Positions 44,398 to 53,734 of a DNA stretch of 64,000 bases are shown here, piece after piece. The translations under genes and the position numbers were made by a program. Source of the stretch: Escherichia phage muut. The notes beneath the pieces are model-generated. The model ran no database searches and was not told the DNA's origin. It saw only the letters and a program-made list of their open reading frames with translations. Location of the stretch: the sequence record NC_052657.1; one strand, 5' to 3'. Position 1 is the first letter of the stretch. Each line of letters starts with the position of its first letter.

Positions 44398-45588
44398 TTA
44401 CACCTCCTTACTGTATACTAATTTGCCACCATATTGTGTAATAATTTTTTGAAGATTTTCCAAATCAGAAACACTTACTGTTTCTGTATAACCATCTTTC
44501 AACTCTCTTTTCGTTAAAATACCAGTTTTTAATTTTTTCTTTATAGCTCTTTCAGCAGCCTTACATTGTTTCACTGTGCTAAAATCATATAAACAAATAC
44601 GCTCCATAAAAAACAGATTACGGCTATTTTGAATGTTTAATCGCCTATCACTATCTTTAGCTATACCAAACTTAAGAGCAACTATAATATTATCATCCTT
44701 AACAATATTAATATATAACTGCTGCTGACTATGACCAGCACACATAGGACAACCTCGACAGCGGCTTAATAAATTATGAGCACTCCCTATCTGCTCACCA
44801 TGCACAAGACAAAGATATTTAAACTTACCTATAGAAGAGGGTTTGGTAATCCAATCTACCCAGACATACCCTTTCCCTTCTACTTCCTTTTTTACCCTAT
44901 AGGTGATCTGGTCTTCTGTATACTGATAGTTCCCACAACGACACGGAATGTACCCTCGTTTAAGGTTATTTCCTTCAGAGTAAAATTTACCATCACAAAC
45001 ACCTGCTTGAACATATTCATCATGAGAGCAAACAGGACATTCAACCATCCAGATACTATGCCTGCGTCCTTTACTCCGTGTTCCTGTGTTAGTGAAGATA
45101 GTGCCTTCCTTAAATTTCCCTGTAGAAAAGAAATCTGCAATATGTTGATCGTCGGGCATTGTTAGTGCCTTCCTTGTATTCTCCCCCCTACATTGTGGAC
45201 AACCTCGACCGCCTTTAAATTGATGAATTGCTGTACTTTGCCATCTATTCCCACAATGGCACAACAAATCAAGTTTTGTTTTATTCCCTTTCCATTCTCC
45301 AACGTACCCTAACACCTGATACCCCTTCTTCTGTGCTATCTCTTCCAAGATCGGCAATTCTGTTTCCCATGTTAACGGCTTCTTACCAGAACAGATAGGA
45401 CAACTGTTGCCGCGCTTGAAATTACTAATACTACAAGTCTTCCATTCATGTTCCTGCCTACAGCGTAGAATCATTTTCGTATCACAACCTATAAACGGTT
45501 CAACATATCCTAGGATCTCAATCCCTTTATTATTCGCAATAGGTTGACACTCTTCTTTATATTGTTCCCATGATTTTGGTGCTGCCAT
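44398..45588 (-). CDS. zinc-ribbon repeat protein with C-terminal T5orf172/GIY-YIG-like domain
   Basis: Repeated C..C...CP.C modules; C-terminal KFGIAKDSDRR...DGYTE segment similar to 49258..50256. Confidence 0.4.
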   Translation of the reverse strand: MAAPKSWEQYKEECQPIANNKGIEILGYVEPFIGCDTKMILRCRQEHEWKTCSISNFKRGNSCPICSGKKPLTWETELPILEEIAQKKGYQVLGYVGEWKGNKTKLDLLCHCGNRWQSTAIHQFKGGRGCPQCRGENTRKALTMPDDQHIADFFSTGKFKEGTIFTNTGTRSKGRRHSIWMVECPVCSHDEYVQAGVCDGKFYSEGNNLKRGYIPCRCGNYQYTEDQITYRVKKEVEGKGYVWVDWITKPSSIGKFKYLCLVHGEQIGSAHNLLSRCRGCPMCAGHSQQQLYINIVKDDNIIVALKFGIAKDSDRRLNIQNSRNLFFMERICLYDFSTVKQCKAAERAIKKKLKTGILTKRELKDGYTETVSVSDLENLQKIITQYGGKLVYSKEV

Positions 45589-45626
45589 CTACTACTCCTC
45601 TTATTAAATCTGGCATTAATGCAAGA

Positions 45627-45652
45627 AAACCCGCCGAAGCGGGTTTTTATTT
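45627..45652. terminator. rho-independent terminator (bidirectional)
   Basis: AAACCCGC-CGAA-GCGGGTTT flanked by T-runs. Confidence 0.55.
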
Positions 45653-45662
45653 GCTGGCTTAC

Positions 45663-46790
45663 TTAAAACACACTTGCCAAAGTTGCACCATTGGTGATAG
45701 TTGGTTCCAGAACAATACGGAAAGAATCTTCTGGATCATCACTAAACACAACGATTTTACCGCCTGTAATAAGATCTGCTTTCATTTTTGTCGCATTCAA
45801 TGGAATTCGAGCATCGCCTTCATCATCAAAAACCACGTAAGAGCTATTAGCAAGGGCTTCTTTAGAATCTGCATCACTTGGAGATGACAAGTACACGTCC
45901 AGTGTGCACGAACCACCTAAAAAGATTGCAGGTGTGAAGTTATGCCAACTAGATACCCAGCTAACTTTCTGAAGTTTCCCATTAATAACAACACTGCTGA
46001 TATCCCATTTATTACCACCACCTAAAGAAACACCCATCATAGAGATGCATTCTTTAAAGGATAAATCAGGGTAGAAATTAAGTTCTTCTACTATACCTTG
46101 GATCACATCAAAGGACAACTCTAAACTTACATCCCAAAGTCTTTGGAAATTATCAAAGTGTGCTTTGTTATCCAGGTTTTTATCTAAATAGTCCATCATA
46201 GTTTCTAGTGAGATTTTATCATAATTAAAATTATAAAACACACGACTAGGACGATTTAAAAAGAATTCAGAGATAAAGCCACTGTTTTTAGTCAGAATAA
46301 ACAGTTTATTACCACTGCCAGTACCATCTAACAAAGTGAGAAGTGCTTCTTGATCTTGTTTCTTCTCATATACTTTATCAAATTCATCAAAAATAATCAC
46401 TGCTTTGTCTGTGATCTTGCTAATAAGTTCAATGAAATTAGCATCACTGTAGGCTTGAGTAACCATAATAGTTGGAATACCTTCTTCTACAAGGTCACGA
46501 CTAATGAGTTTGGCTAACATAGTTTTACCACTGCCCTTAGTGCCTGTCAGGAGCAAACCTGTATTTTTACCTTGTGCACTCCGGCGATGGAATGTACGAA
46601 TAACGTGATTTGCTCGTTTTTCTGTTTCACCATACAGAACATCCGGTACACCTGTTAGATTACCACGGCTTAAAAAGTAATTGCCAAGGGGATCACGACT
46701 AACAGTATAGAATCCAGGTGGAAGATAGTTAGATTCCACGCCCATATCTTTATTTACACTTACAATATCACCATAAATCGTGTATTTCAT
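45663..46790 (-). CDS. P-loop ATPase, paralog 1
   Basis: Walker A GTKGSGKT, Walker B IIFDEFDK; ~50% identical to 62498..63658. Confidence 0.6.
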   Translation of the reverse strand: MKYTIYGDIVSVNKDMGVESNYLPPGFYTVSRDPLGNYFLSRGNLTGVPDVLYGETEKRANHVIRTFHRRSAQGKNTGLLLTGTKGSGKTMLAKLISRDLVEEGIPTIMVTQAYSDANFIELISKITDKAVIIFDEFDKVYEKKQDQEALLTLLDGTGSGNKLFILTKNSGFISEFFLNRPSRVFYNFNYDKISLETMMDYLDKNLDNKAHFDNFQRLWDVSLELSFDVIQGIVEELNFYPDLSFKECISMMGVSLGGGNKWDISSVVINGKLQKVSWVSSWHNFTPAIFLGGSCTLDVYLSSPSDADSKEALANSSYVVFDDEGDARIPLNATKMKADLITGGKIVVFSDDPEDSFRIVLEPTITNGATLASVF

Positions 46791-46801
46791 TTTAACCCCT
46801 T

Positions 46802-47239
46802 TTATTTTTGTTGAGATGAACGAATTAAATCAGCAGCAAATTCAATCAGATACACTTTTGGTGCAATAATGATTTTTAGCCAATCAAAATTCGAAAAGAA
46901 AATAACAAATCCTAAAAAGAAAAAGAAAGCACAGACAACAAGACCAACAATAGGTAAAGCAGATACTTCACCATAGCGATCTCGTGACCACAGGCATTCT
47001 TTATCTTTAATTGCTTTTACGAGGTTCCGTACAGCAATAAAAGTAATAAACATAAAGCAAATACTAAAAAGTTGCCATAAACCTGCGGATACTGCTTTCC
47101 ACACTAATAATTGATGAATTACTTCTGGAATTTGTTGTTTTCCAAACTCTACAACATCACTCATTGTTTGAATAGTGACGTTAACCATGTTCAGAAGTAC
47201 ATCAGTTGCTTTATCTGCGATTGCGTTTGTTTTACTCAT
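46802..47239 (-). CDS. membrane protein (145 aa)
   Basis: GAGGA RBS; several hydrophobic segments. Confidence 0.5.
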   Translation of the reverse strand: MSKTNAIADKATDVLLNMVNVTIQTMSDVVEFGKQQIPEVIHQLLVWKAVSAGLWQLFSICFMFITFIAVRNLVKAIKDKECLWSRDRYGEVSALPIVGLVVCAFFFFLGFVIFFSNFDWLKIIIAPKVYLIEFAADLIRSSQQK

Positions 47240-47253
47240 TCTTTATTCCTCAC

Positions 47254-47427
47254 TTACCTTTTAAGGAAACCAATCATAATGAAGAACCACATCCAGGCAG
47301 GAGAGATAATAAAGCCAAAGAAACCGCAAATAACCGCTTTCTTAATCTCTTCCAGACAACCCACCAGGAAAAGAACGAGTGAGACTACAATCCAGATAGC
47401 CATAAATACTGTAACAAAGAAACTCAT
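47254..47427 (-). CDS. small membrane protein (57 aa)
   Basis: GGAGAAAGG RBS; two hydrophobic segments; plus-strand ORF here looks spurious. Confidence 0.45.
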   Translation of the reverse strand: MSFFVTVFMAIWIVVSLVLFLVGCLEEIKKAVICGFFGFIISPAWMWFFIMIGFLKR

Positions 47428-47447
47428 ACCTTTCTCCCATCTGTATT

Positions 47448-47699
47448 TTAAAATTCAACCACTACTTTATCGAGATGCTCTGCTTCAACTTGATCTAAGG
47501 TTAACACCTCAACTAAACCTTTGTCAATACCTAATTTAATAACATCAACATATTGTCCAAACAGATCCTGAATAGATATCTTGTGTTCGACAACAACCAC
47601 CACTTCATTTCCTTTTGTGAATTCTCTCCATACACGTCCACATTTGAAAATAAAGTCTGCTTCGTCTTCTGTTATCATTTTAGGTTTGATACTTAACAT
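47448..47699 (-). CDS. hypothetical protein (83 aa)
   Basis: ORF. Confidence 0.45.
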   Translation of the reverse strand: MLSIKPKMITEDEADFIFKCGRVWREFTKGNEVVVVVEHKISIQDLFGQYVDVIKLGIDKGLVEVLTLDQVEAEHLDKVVVEF

Positions 47700-48250
47700 T
47701 ATAAAACTCCGTACTCCGGCTCAAAATCATATTTTTCACAAATCATATCCCAGCGTTCGTTGCCGAAGCTGCGACCACAAATTGCATCGTAAGCGTAATG
47801 CTCTGCTAACCATTTTACAACAGTGTCTACATCGTTATCAAGTGGTAATCTGAATTCTTTGCCATATCGCATACGAAGAACAAATTCATCCCCTTCTTCA
47901 AACAAGTGCATATGGCTTTTTGCATAAGAAGCCAGGTTGAAAAAAGATACCTCTTCCCAGCATTCTTTTTCCACTGCAATCCCGTGATCAACAACTAAAG
48001 CACCGATAACGCGATACATAATAGGGCTAAACAGTGCGCTTGGGCTAGGCTGCTCTTCAACTATAGACCAACCTGTTCCCTGCCAAATTTCATTTTTGAA
48101 CCATTGTTGCATGTCATTCCCTTTTTCATCTACAATGGATCGGTTACGCATTTCAAACCATTCTCCTTCGCAAAAGTATTTATGTTTAACGCGCTTGCCT
48201 TTTAACATTGCTTCTTTGGCTTCTATCCAAGTCAGATCGGTGTTTTGCAT
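47699..48250 (-). CDS. hypothetical protein (183 aa)
   Basis: ATG with GAGAGGAG RBS 60 nt inside ORF-track ORF. Confidence 0.5.
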   Translation of the reverse strand: MQNTDLTWIEAKEAMLKGKRVKHKYFCEGEWFEMRNRSIVDEKGNDMQQWFKNEIWQGTGWSIVEEQPSPSALFSPIMYRVIGALVVDHGIAVEKECWEEVSFFNLASYAKSHMHLFEEGDEFVLRMRYGKEFRLPLDNDVDTVVKWLAEHYAYDAICGRSFGNERWDMICEKYDFEPEYGVL

Positions 48251-48369
48251 TCGTTTATCTCCTCTCATTTGTGTATGCATTAAGATTAGCACAATAAAAC
48301 AGTATGTCAATACTTGATCTGAAATTAATTTCTGGTACTCTGTGTGTATCGTAACAAAAGAGGTTAGAT

Positions 48370-48660
48370 ATGAACATCACACTAGCAACTAAGAATATTA
48401 CAGAAACTTTTGATGGTTTTGGCATTATTATTGCTGTTCATGGGCATAACGAAAAATGGTTAGCCTCTTTTGAAGAGGACAAAGAACGCAATGTACGTTT
48501 GAATGCACCAATCAAAGTTTTACACCAGGTAGGTGAGAATAAGAAACAATGGAGATCATACAAAGAGTGGAACATTACGAACGAGTTAATACACAAACTT
48601 GACAAAGTGATAAACATGTTCGACAATGCACCAAGCAGTGCAAAACGTGTTTTACTATAA
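48370..48660 (+). CDS. hypothetical protein (96 aa)
   Basis: AAGAGG RBS. Confidence 0.5.
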   Translation: MNITLATKNITETFDGFGIIIAVHGHNEKWLASFEEDKERNVRLNAPIKVLHQVGENKKQWRSYKEWNITNELIHKLDKVINMFDNAPSSAKRVLL

Positions 48661-48671
48661 AGGAGAGTGAT

Positions 48672-49025
48672 ATGAAAATTGTACACGATGAAATTCAATT
48701 TGAAGAGAGTGATCTTCTTGATCTAGATGTGACACTAAGTAAACTGATCTACAATGCACTTTCTGCATATCGTGCAAAAGTGATAGCCACAAACAATGTT
48801 AAAATTCCTAGTGGGTTACTTCGTCGGATGTACCCACACACTAAAGGTGACTATCTACCTTATATGGAAGAACGAGCAGCAGAACACTGGTTAGAAATTC
48901 TTGAAAAAATGGAGTCTTCTTTTAAGGACTCAACTCCACCAGAAGAAGTTAATGAAAAACAGCGGCAAGATCGTTTAGAAGGTCGTATTTTGTTTGCTAA
49001 GTATTTCCATAATCTGTGGATGTAA
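48672..49025 (+). CDS. hypothetical protein (117 aa)
   Basis: AAGGAGAG RBS. Confidence 0.5.
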   Translation: MKIVHDEIQFEESDLLDLDVTLSKLIYNALSAYRAKVIATNNVKIPSGLLRRMYPHTKGDYLPYMEERAAEHWLEILEKMESSFKDSTPPEEVNEKQRQDRLEGRILFAKYFHNLWM

Positions 49026-49038
49026 TAAGGAGAAAACT

Positions 49039-49206
49039 ATGAGCGAAACCAAGAAACCAATTCCGCGCACTTACCTACACGTTGACCCTGAAATCTTCAA
49101 GGTTTTATTTGCTGAAGCCAAGAAAAGGCAAATTATGGTCAGTGATTTGATGTTAGAAATCATTACTGAAGCAGCAGAGAACATCAAACAAAAAAAGGGT
49201 AAGTGA
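49039..49206 (+). CDS. ribbon-helix-helix-like small DNA-binding protein (55 aa)
   Basis: ATG with AAGGAG RBS; beta-strand then two helices pattern (TYLHVDPEIFKVLFAEAKKRQIMVSDLMLEIITEA). Confidence 0.4.
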   Translation: MSETKKPIPRTYLHVDPEIFKVLFAEAKKRQIMVSDLMLEIITEAAENIKQKKGK

Positions 49207-49257
49207 TCCTCATTCACTTTAGTAGCGCATTAAGCGTGATTTATAAGGAGATTTTTA

Positions 49258-50256
49258 ATGATTAAACATACAAAACCTTTTTTAGGAATAGATTATGACT
49301 TACTAGCAATCACTTCCCTGGTGATTAACGGCAAAACAAAAGAAGTAAAACTACACCATAAGATCATTTATTCTTATTTGTTAAGTTTATCTGGCACATA
49401 CCAAAAGGTAACACCATCTTTGAAAGGTATTGGTGAGCGGTTAGGAGTAGGTACAGATCAGACGGTACGCCGTCATATCAAAGATCTTGTTTCTTTTGGA
49501 TGGTTGAAGATTGAGGAAAGGGCAGGTAGCACAAATGCTTATATTGTCCTTCCTTATGAACAAGAAGCCCAGACACAACAAGAAGCTACTGTTAAAGCTG
49601 TTCCTGATCAGCTTCCCCCTACAGAATGGAAAATGTTTAAAAAATGGTATTCACCATCTGGTAATGAATACACCGCTACACTGCCAGCCGTTGAAATCTA
49701 TAGCTATATAGCTGGATTCAATGAACAAGGGCAAGAATGTTACGCTACTCAAAAAACATTAGCTAATATTGGAATGGTTAGTGATCGTCAGGTACGCAAT
49801 ATTATAAATATGTTTGTTGATATGGGAGTTCTTTCTGTAGAGACACGCCACGGTCAAACATCACTCTATAAAGCATTACCCTTTACAGAGATGAATGTTA
49901 AAAAGCAAAAAAGAGTAAAAGAAATTCCGTACACCGAAAACCAACAATCAAATTGGTGTTTTTATATACAAAAATTGGTTTCTCCGTTTTATACCTGCTT
50001 GAAAGCAGGGATTACGGTAGATATTGATCGTAGAATCAAAGAGCAAAGTAAAAACAGCATGTTTAAGCATTATCTACTTGACAGTTTCAGTGGAGATTAT
50101 GCTACTATTTTCGCTTTGGAGAAAGAAGTTAAAAAATGTTTTAACCGCTCTTTATGCTTAAAAGAGTGGCTACCGGATGGATATACAGAAACATATAATC
50201 TAGAAGATTATGAAAATATAAAAAATTTTGTTAGTGAAAAATTGATTAAGGAGTAA
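49258..50256 (+). CDS. winged-HTH protein with C-terminal T5orf172/GIY-YIG-like domain
   Basis: Two wHTH-like segments; C-terminal LKAGITVDIDRR...DGYTE. Confidence 0.4.
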   Translation: MIKHTKPFLGIDYDLLAITSLVINGKTKEVKLHHKIIYSYLLSLSGTYQKVTPSLKGIGERLGVGTDQTVRRHIKDLVSFGWLKIEERAGSTNAYIVLPYEQEAQTQQEATVKAVPDQLPPTEWKMFKKWYSPSGNEYTATLPAVEIYSYIAGFNEQGQECYATQKTLANIGMVSDRQVRNIINMFVDMGVLSVETRHGQTSLYKALPFTEMNVKKQKRVKEIPYTENQQSNWCFYIQKLVSPFYTCLKAGITVDIDRRIKEQSKNSMFKHYLLDSFSGDYATIFALEKEVKKCFNRSLCLKEWLPDGYTETYNLEDYENIKNFVSEKLIKE

Positions 50257-50258
50257 AC

Positions 50259-50408
50259 ATGGTTATCTACAAAAATAAGTTCACTGGCTGTCTGCGTAAA
50301 TTTATTGACAAAAAAGGGTATGTTTCTGTTGACAATGGTGTTACGTGGGTACAAAATGGCACTTCAGAACAACTGATCAAGGCTTTACCTTACTATGAGG
50401 AGGTTTAA
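50259..50408 (+). CDS. small protein (49 aa)
   Basis: ATG 2 nt after upstream stop; fills gap to next gene exactly. Confidence 0.4.
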   Translation: MVIYKNKFTGCLRKFIDKKGYVSVDNGVTWVQNGTSEQLIKALPYYEEV

Positions 50409-50732
50409 ATGTCCAACAATCTGTTTAGCGTGTCAATTGCACCGCGTGTTAATATTCGCTGTCAGTTTGTTAACTTACCAGGTGTGACACATATCACTTT
50501 AGAGTATGATCCTCGTTCACAAGAGAACCCAATTACAGGCAAGATTGATTCAGCCTACGGCGACTTTCTGATGGATCACCAAGCAATCTTATGTTGTGTG
50601 CAACGCTTACAAGCAGGGTCTTTATACATCTTCAAGAAATCTGTGTTCCAGGAGATTGCTCAAGCGGTTGAGAGTGGTATGGAAACACTTAACAACATGA
50701 TCGAAGCCGCTAACAAAAAGGAGGTTTTATGA
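50409..50732 (+). CDS. hypothetical protein (107 aa)
   Basis: GAGGAGG RBS. Confidence 0.5.
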   Translation: MSNNLFSVSIAPRVNIRCQFVNLPGVTHITLEYDPRSQENPITGKIDSAYGDFLMDHQAILCCVQRLQAGSLYIFKKSVFQEIAQAVESGMETLNNMIEAANKKEVL

Positions 50733-50986
50733 CACTTTATCATGTAACTACCGAAGGTGATTGCGAAGGTCGTACCACAAAAGATTTAGGGTATGTCGAA
50801 GCAGATTCGCCTGAACATGCAATTAAGTATCTGCACTCTATTGGTAAGTATGCTTATTATGAATATTATATCCATGAAATTGAGGAAAATCCTATACAAG
50901 TAGCAACACCTATGGTAGAGTTGGAACATCTTAAAGCAAAAGTTAAAACTGGCAGCACATCTGGATTTAAGGGGGTAGTACAATGA
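50729..50986 (+). CDS. hypothetical protein (85 aa)
   Basis: AAGGAGG RBS. Confidence 0.5.
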   Translation: MTLYHVTTEGDCEGRTTKDLGYVEADSPEHAIKYLHSIGKYAYYEYYIHEIEENPIQVATPMVELEHLKAKVKTGSTSGFKGVVQ

Positions 50987-51252
50987 AAATTCGTGATAAT
51001 ATTGCAGACTACATTGTAACTTGTGAAGATGGTACAGACGTTTTGCTTCCGCAACCAATTGTTTGGGAGGATGGTGAAATGTACCGTATAGCTACGGAAC
51101 ATTATAAAGGTATTGACATTAAAGCTCTTTGTGCTATGCTTGTCGAAGATCAAGAATCTGATCTCTCAGTTGTAACATATCAAGATGTGTATGAAATCTG
51201 TGAAACTTTACTACAAATGCATGAAGATGGACAAGAGGTGTTTCCAAAATGA
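50983..51252 (+). CDS. hypothetical protein (89 aa)
   Basis: ATGA overlap. Confidence 0.5.
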   Translation: MKIRDNIADYIVTCEDGTDVLLPQPIVWEDGEMYRIATEHYKGIDIKALCAMLVEDQESDLSVVTYQDVYEICETLLQMHEDGQEVFPK

Positions 51253-51449
51253 CAGAATGGGTAAAAGTAGAAGACCCATACGATATCCCACTAGGTGAGT
51301 ATGTGGTGGTAATGGAAGATGGTGGAAAAGGGTATTGTGAAGTGCATAAAAGTATGTCTGGTAAGATTATTGTGGTGAACCATCATTTTCACTTTGATTA
51401 CCCTCCTATTGTGGCATATATGCCTTTACCTAAATATGAAGGGGATTAA
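51249..51449 (+). CDS. hypothetical protein (66 aa)
   Basis: ATGA overlap. Confidence 0.5.
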   Translation: MTEWVKVEDPYDIPLGEYVVVMEDGGKGYCEVHKSMSGKIIVVNHHFHFDYPPIVAYMPLPKYEGD

Positions 51450-51596
51450 ATGTTATTCTTTAGACTTAATATTGCTTTTTGTTTGTTTGCAAACATTGCA
51501 TTCTGGGTATTGGGTAGTGTAAAATTAGGCTACTTCTTTATTGTACTACAAGCTATTTGTTTAGCTGGTCAAATAATCACTAAGGGGCGAGTATGA
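51450..51596 (+). CDS. small membrane protein (48 aa)
   Basis: ATG directly after upstream stop; hydrophobic; stop overlaps next ATG. Confidence 0.4.
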   Translation: MLFFRLNIAFCLFANIAFWVLGSVKLGYFFIVLQAICLAGQIITKGRV

Positions 51597-52021
51597 CACA
51601 ACAAATCCAAGATAAATTTAATGAACTCTATCCAGCAAGCGAAAGCGGCACTCATAACGTGCGTAAATCGCTCTATAACGTCTTTAAAGCAGGATGGGAG
51701 GCTTGCCTTCAGGCTCAAGAAAAACCAGTGTCAGGGACGCGTAACGGCTTTTATATCCCGATTGTTGAAAGTGAGGAAGGATGGGGTAGCAAACATGATG
51801 GTTATATGGTAGGATTCACCATAGAAGATCTTGAAGAACGCCGTAAAGTCTTTGAGGCAGCTAATACAGAAAAGTATGGCTACTATTATGAACGACCTGT
51901 TCGTTACATTCCTGTTGTGCTTAGTCCTAAAGCTGTTGAAACAATGTCTGCAACAGAAAAAGAAAGGACTCGCCATTGTGTATGGTTTGATGATATTGAC
52001 GATTTTCGATTTGGAGAATAA
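51593..52021 (+). CDS. hypothetical protein (142 aa)
   Basis: AAGGGG RBS. Confidence 0.5.
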   Translation: MTQQIQDKFNELYPASESGTHNVRKSLYNVFKAGWEACLQAQEKPVSGTRNGFYIPIVESEEGWGSKHDGYMVGFTIEDLEERRKVFEAANTEKYGYYYERPVRYIPVVLSPKAVETMSATEKERTRHCVWFDDIDDFRFGE

Positions 52022-52024
52022 TTT

Positions 52025-52297
52025 ATGAAAAATAAACACCCTTACTATCAACTATTGCATGTACTGCGCCGATTGCGCAATAAGCAGATTGAAGATTTCC
52101 GTCACTTCAAGCGTGATCGTGTGAATCGTCAATGGATGGATCATCGTTTCTTCTCTTTAACTGTACGTAAGTTCCGTGAAGAGATTAAGAAGACAGACCA
52201 GGTAATTGCAGGTGCTAAACGTGCAATCTCTATGTCAAAAATCACAGGTGTAAATCATATGTACGACTTCAAAACAGATTCTGTTGTACCTATGTAA
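52025..52297 (+). CDS. hypothetical basic protein (90 aa)
   Basis: GGAG RBS. Confidence 0.5.
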   Translation: MKNKHPYYQLLHVLRRLRNKQIEDFRHFKRDRVNRQWMDHRFFSLTVRKFREEIKKTDQVIAGAKRAISMSKITGVNHMYDFKTDSVVPM

Positions 52298-52326
52298 AAG
52301 TATTTTGTAAAGTTTTGTGGAGAGTA

Positions 52327-52433
52327 TTGACTTTTTCAGAAAAACATGCTACCCTAAACCTGAAAGGTGACGAGCGAAGCGAGTTAGTATTCTCTATAGA
52401 TATTGTTCCTGTCACTCATGGAGGGGCAGGAAC
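52327..52433 (+). promoter_or_regulatory. conserved element copy B: promoter-like box plus stem-loop
   Basis: TTGACT-17-TACCCT inside the shared 18-mer AAAAACATGCTACCCTAA, GAGCGAAGCGAG box, GTTCCTG...CAGGAAC hairpin. Confidence 0.4.
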
Positions 52434-52461
52434 AGAGTATATTACTGTATAGGAGAATACT

Positions 52462-52728
52462 ATGGATGTTACTACACTAAGGTTTATACTTCTCTTCTTA
52501 CTTATAGTTATAGGTTTAATTGTTATACCATATCTATATGTCTACATGTTATCTCGTAAGTATGGTTATGATCGTATACCATTTTACTATTTAATACCTG
52601 TCTTAGTTATCTATCTATTTCTCTTTTGTAGATATTGTCCTGAACTAGTTCCTGAACACTGGAAGTTAGAACCTGTTGAAGTTTACCATTGTGAATGGAA
52701 GACAGAATACAGATCTAACAGTAATTAG
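52462..52728 (+). CDS. membrane protein (88 aa)
   Basis: GGAG RBS; two TM-like segments. Confidence 0.5.
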   Translation: MDVTTLRFILLFLLIVIGLIVIPYLYVYMLSRKYGYDRIPFYYLIPVLVIYLFLFCRYCPELVPEHWKLEPVEVYHCEWKTEYRSNSN

Positions 52729-52731
52729 TTA

Positions 52732-52760
52732 TTGACTCTATCTACTAAATAATCTAGACT
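52732..52760 (+). promoter_or_regulatory. sigma70-like promoter
   Basis: TTGACT-17-TAGACT. Confidence 0.45.
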
Positions 52761-52788
52761 CTATGTAAAATTTACTAAGGAGACTACT

Positions 52789-52953
52789 ATGCAAAACATT
52801 TCTATCACTAAAACAAAAAGATCTGTACCTAAACTTACTCACTCTACATATCCTGTTATCATCCGTAAAGGAAAAGAATGGATTAAAGATGATCATGGTG
52901 GTTATGTAGAAGTGTCAAAGCTGAAAGAAGCAGAAGTTAACTTTGTACGCTAA
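52789..52953 (+). CDS. small protein (54 aa)
   Basis: AAGGAG RBS; below ORF-track cut-off. Confidence 0.45.
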   Translation: MQNISITKTKRSVPKLTHSTYPVIIRKGKEWIKDDHGGYVEVSKLKEAEVNFVR

Positions 52954-52963
52954 GGAGTAGATT

Positions 52964-53245
52964 ATGACCGAAGAATTTAAGCAATGGTTTGATAAAACCT
53001 TCCCACCACATATGTGGCCTAACGAAGAAGAACGTCAAGAAGTGATGATCTACACTTGGCTTGCTTGGCGGGATGGTATCCGTAGCAAAGAAGCCCAGGA
53101 AGAGGAACCTATTGCTTACATCTTTAAACATCCAGCAGGTAAGTTGTTTTGGGCTTTAACAGATGAAAGTAATAAAGATCACAATGATGTTATTCCTGTG
53201 TATGCCAAGAACAATGTAAAGGATCAATCAGATGATAATGTATAG
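52964..53245 (+). CDS. hypothetical protein (93 aa)
   Basis: AAGGAG RBS. Confidence 0.5.
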   Translation: MTEEFKQWFDKTFPPHMWPNEEERQEVMIYTWLAWRDGIRSKEAQEEEPIAYIFKHPAGKLFWALTDESNKDHNDVIPVYAKNNVKDQSDDNV

Positions 53246-53564
53246 CATATGGGGTAGAATGGGCGAAGACCATGATTACTATTGTTTGAAAAGTAATGTT
53301 GAACAGACAGATGTTGATAAAATCATAAAGCACTACCTGAAAACATGGCGTGAAGTGGAGTTTAGAGAGTTTGCTATCCTCCATAGTCAAGAAGGAGAAA
53401 AGGAGATAGACATGAGTACACTAACTAAAGCAGTACAAACGCATAAAGAATATGAGGAAGCAGTTAAAGATGAAGTAAACCACGAGGATCAACTATACAA
53501 AGATATAAAGAGTGGTTGTGGGAACAAATTCGTTGTGGTAAAATCACTCTTGAGGGTTTGTTAG
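53232..53564 (+). CDS. hypothetical protein (110 aa)
   Basis: AAGGA RBS. Confidence 0.5.
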   Translation: MIMYSIWGRMGEDHDYYCLKSNVEQTDVDKIIKHYLKTWREVEFREFAILHSQEGEKEIDMSTLTKAVQTHKEYEEAVKDEVNHEDQLYKDIKSGCGNKFVVVKSLLRVC

Positions 53565-53734
53565 AATTAGAAGGGAAAGACTTAGTTTGCTTCTGCGCAC
53601 CTCAACCTTGTCATGGTGATGTGTTGGTAGCAGCGGTTGCTTGGGCTAGAACAGAGTGGGATAAAAGGCATCCTACTTACACAGATGATTATTGGATTTG
53701 GGAGGATATTTATGAAGACTACACAAGAAATTAA
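53516..53734 (+). CDS. hypothetical protein (72 aa), doubtful
   Basis: Overlaps both neighbours; non-ATG start. Confidence 0.3.
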   Translation: MWEQIRCGKITLEGLLELEGKDLVCFCAPQPCHGDVLVAAVAWARTEWDKRHPTYTDDYWIWEDIYEDYTRN

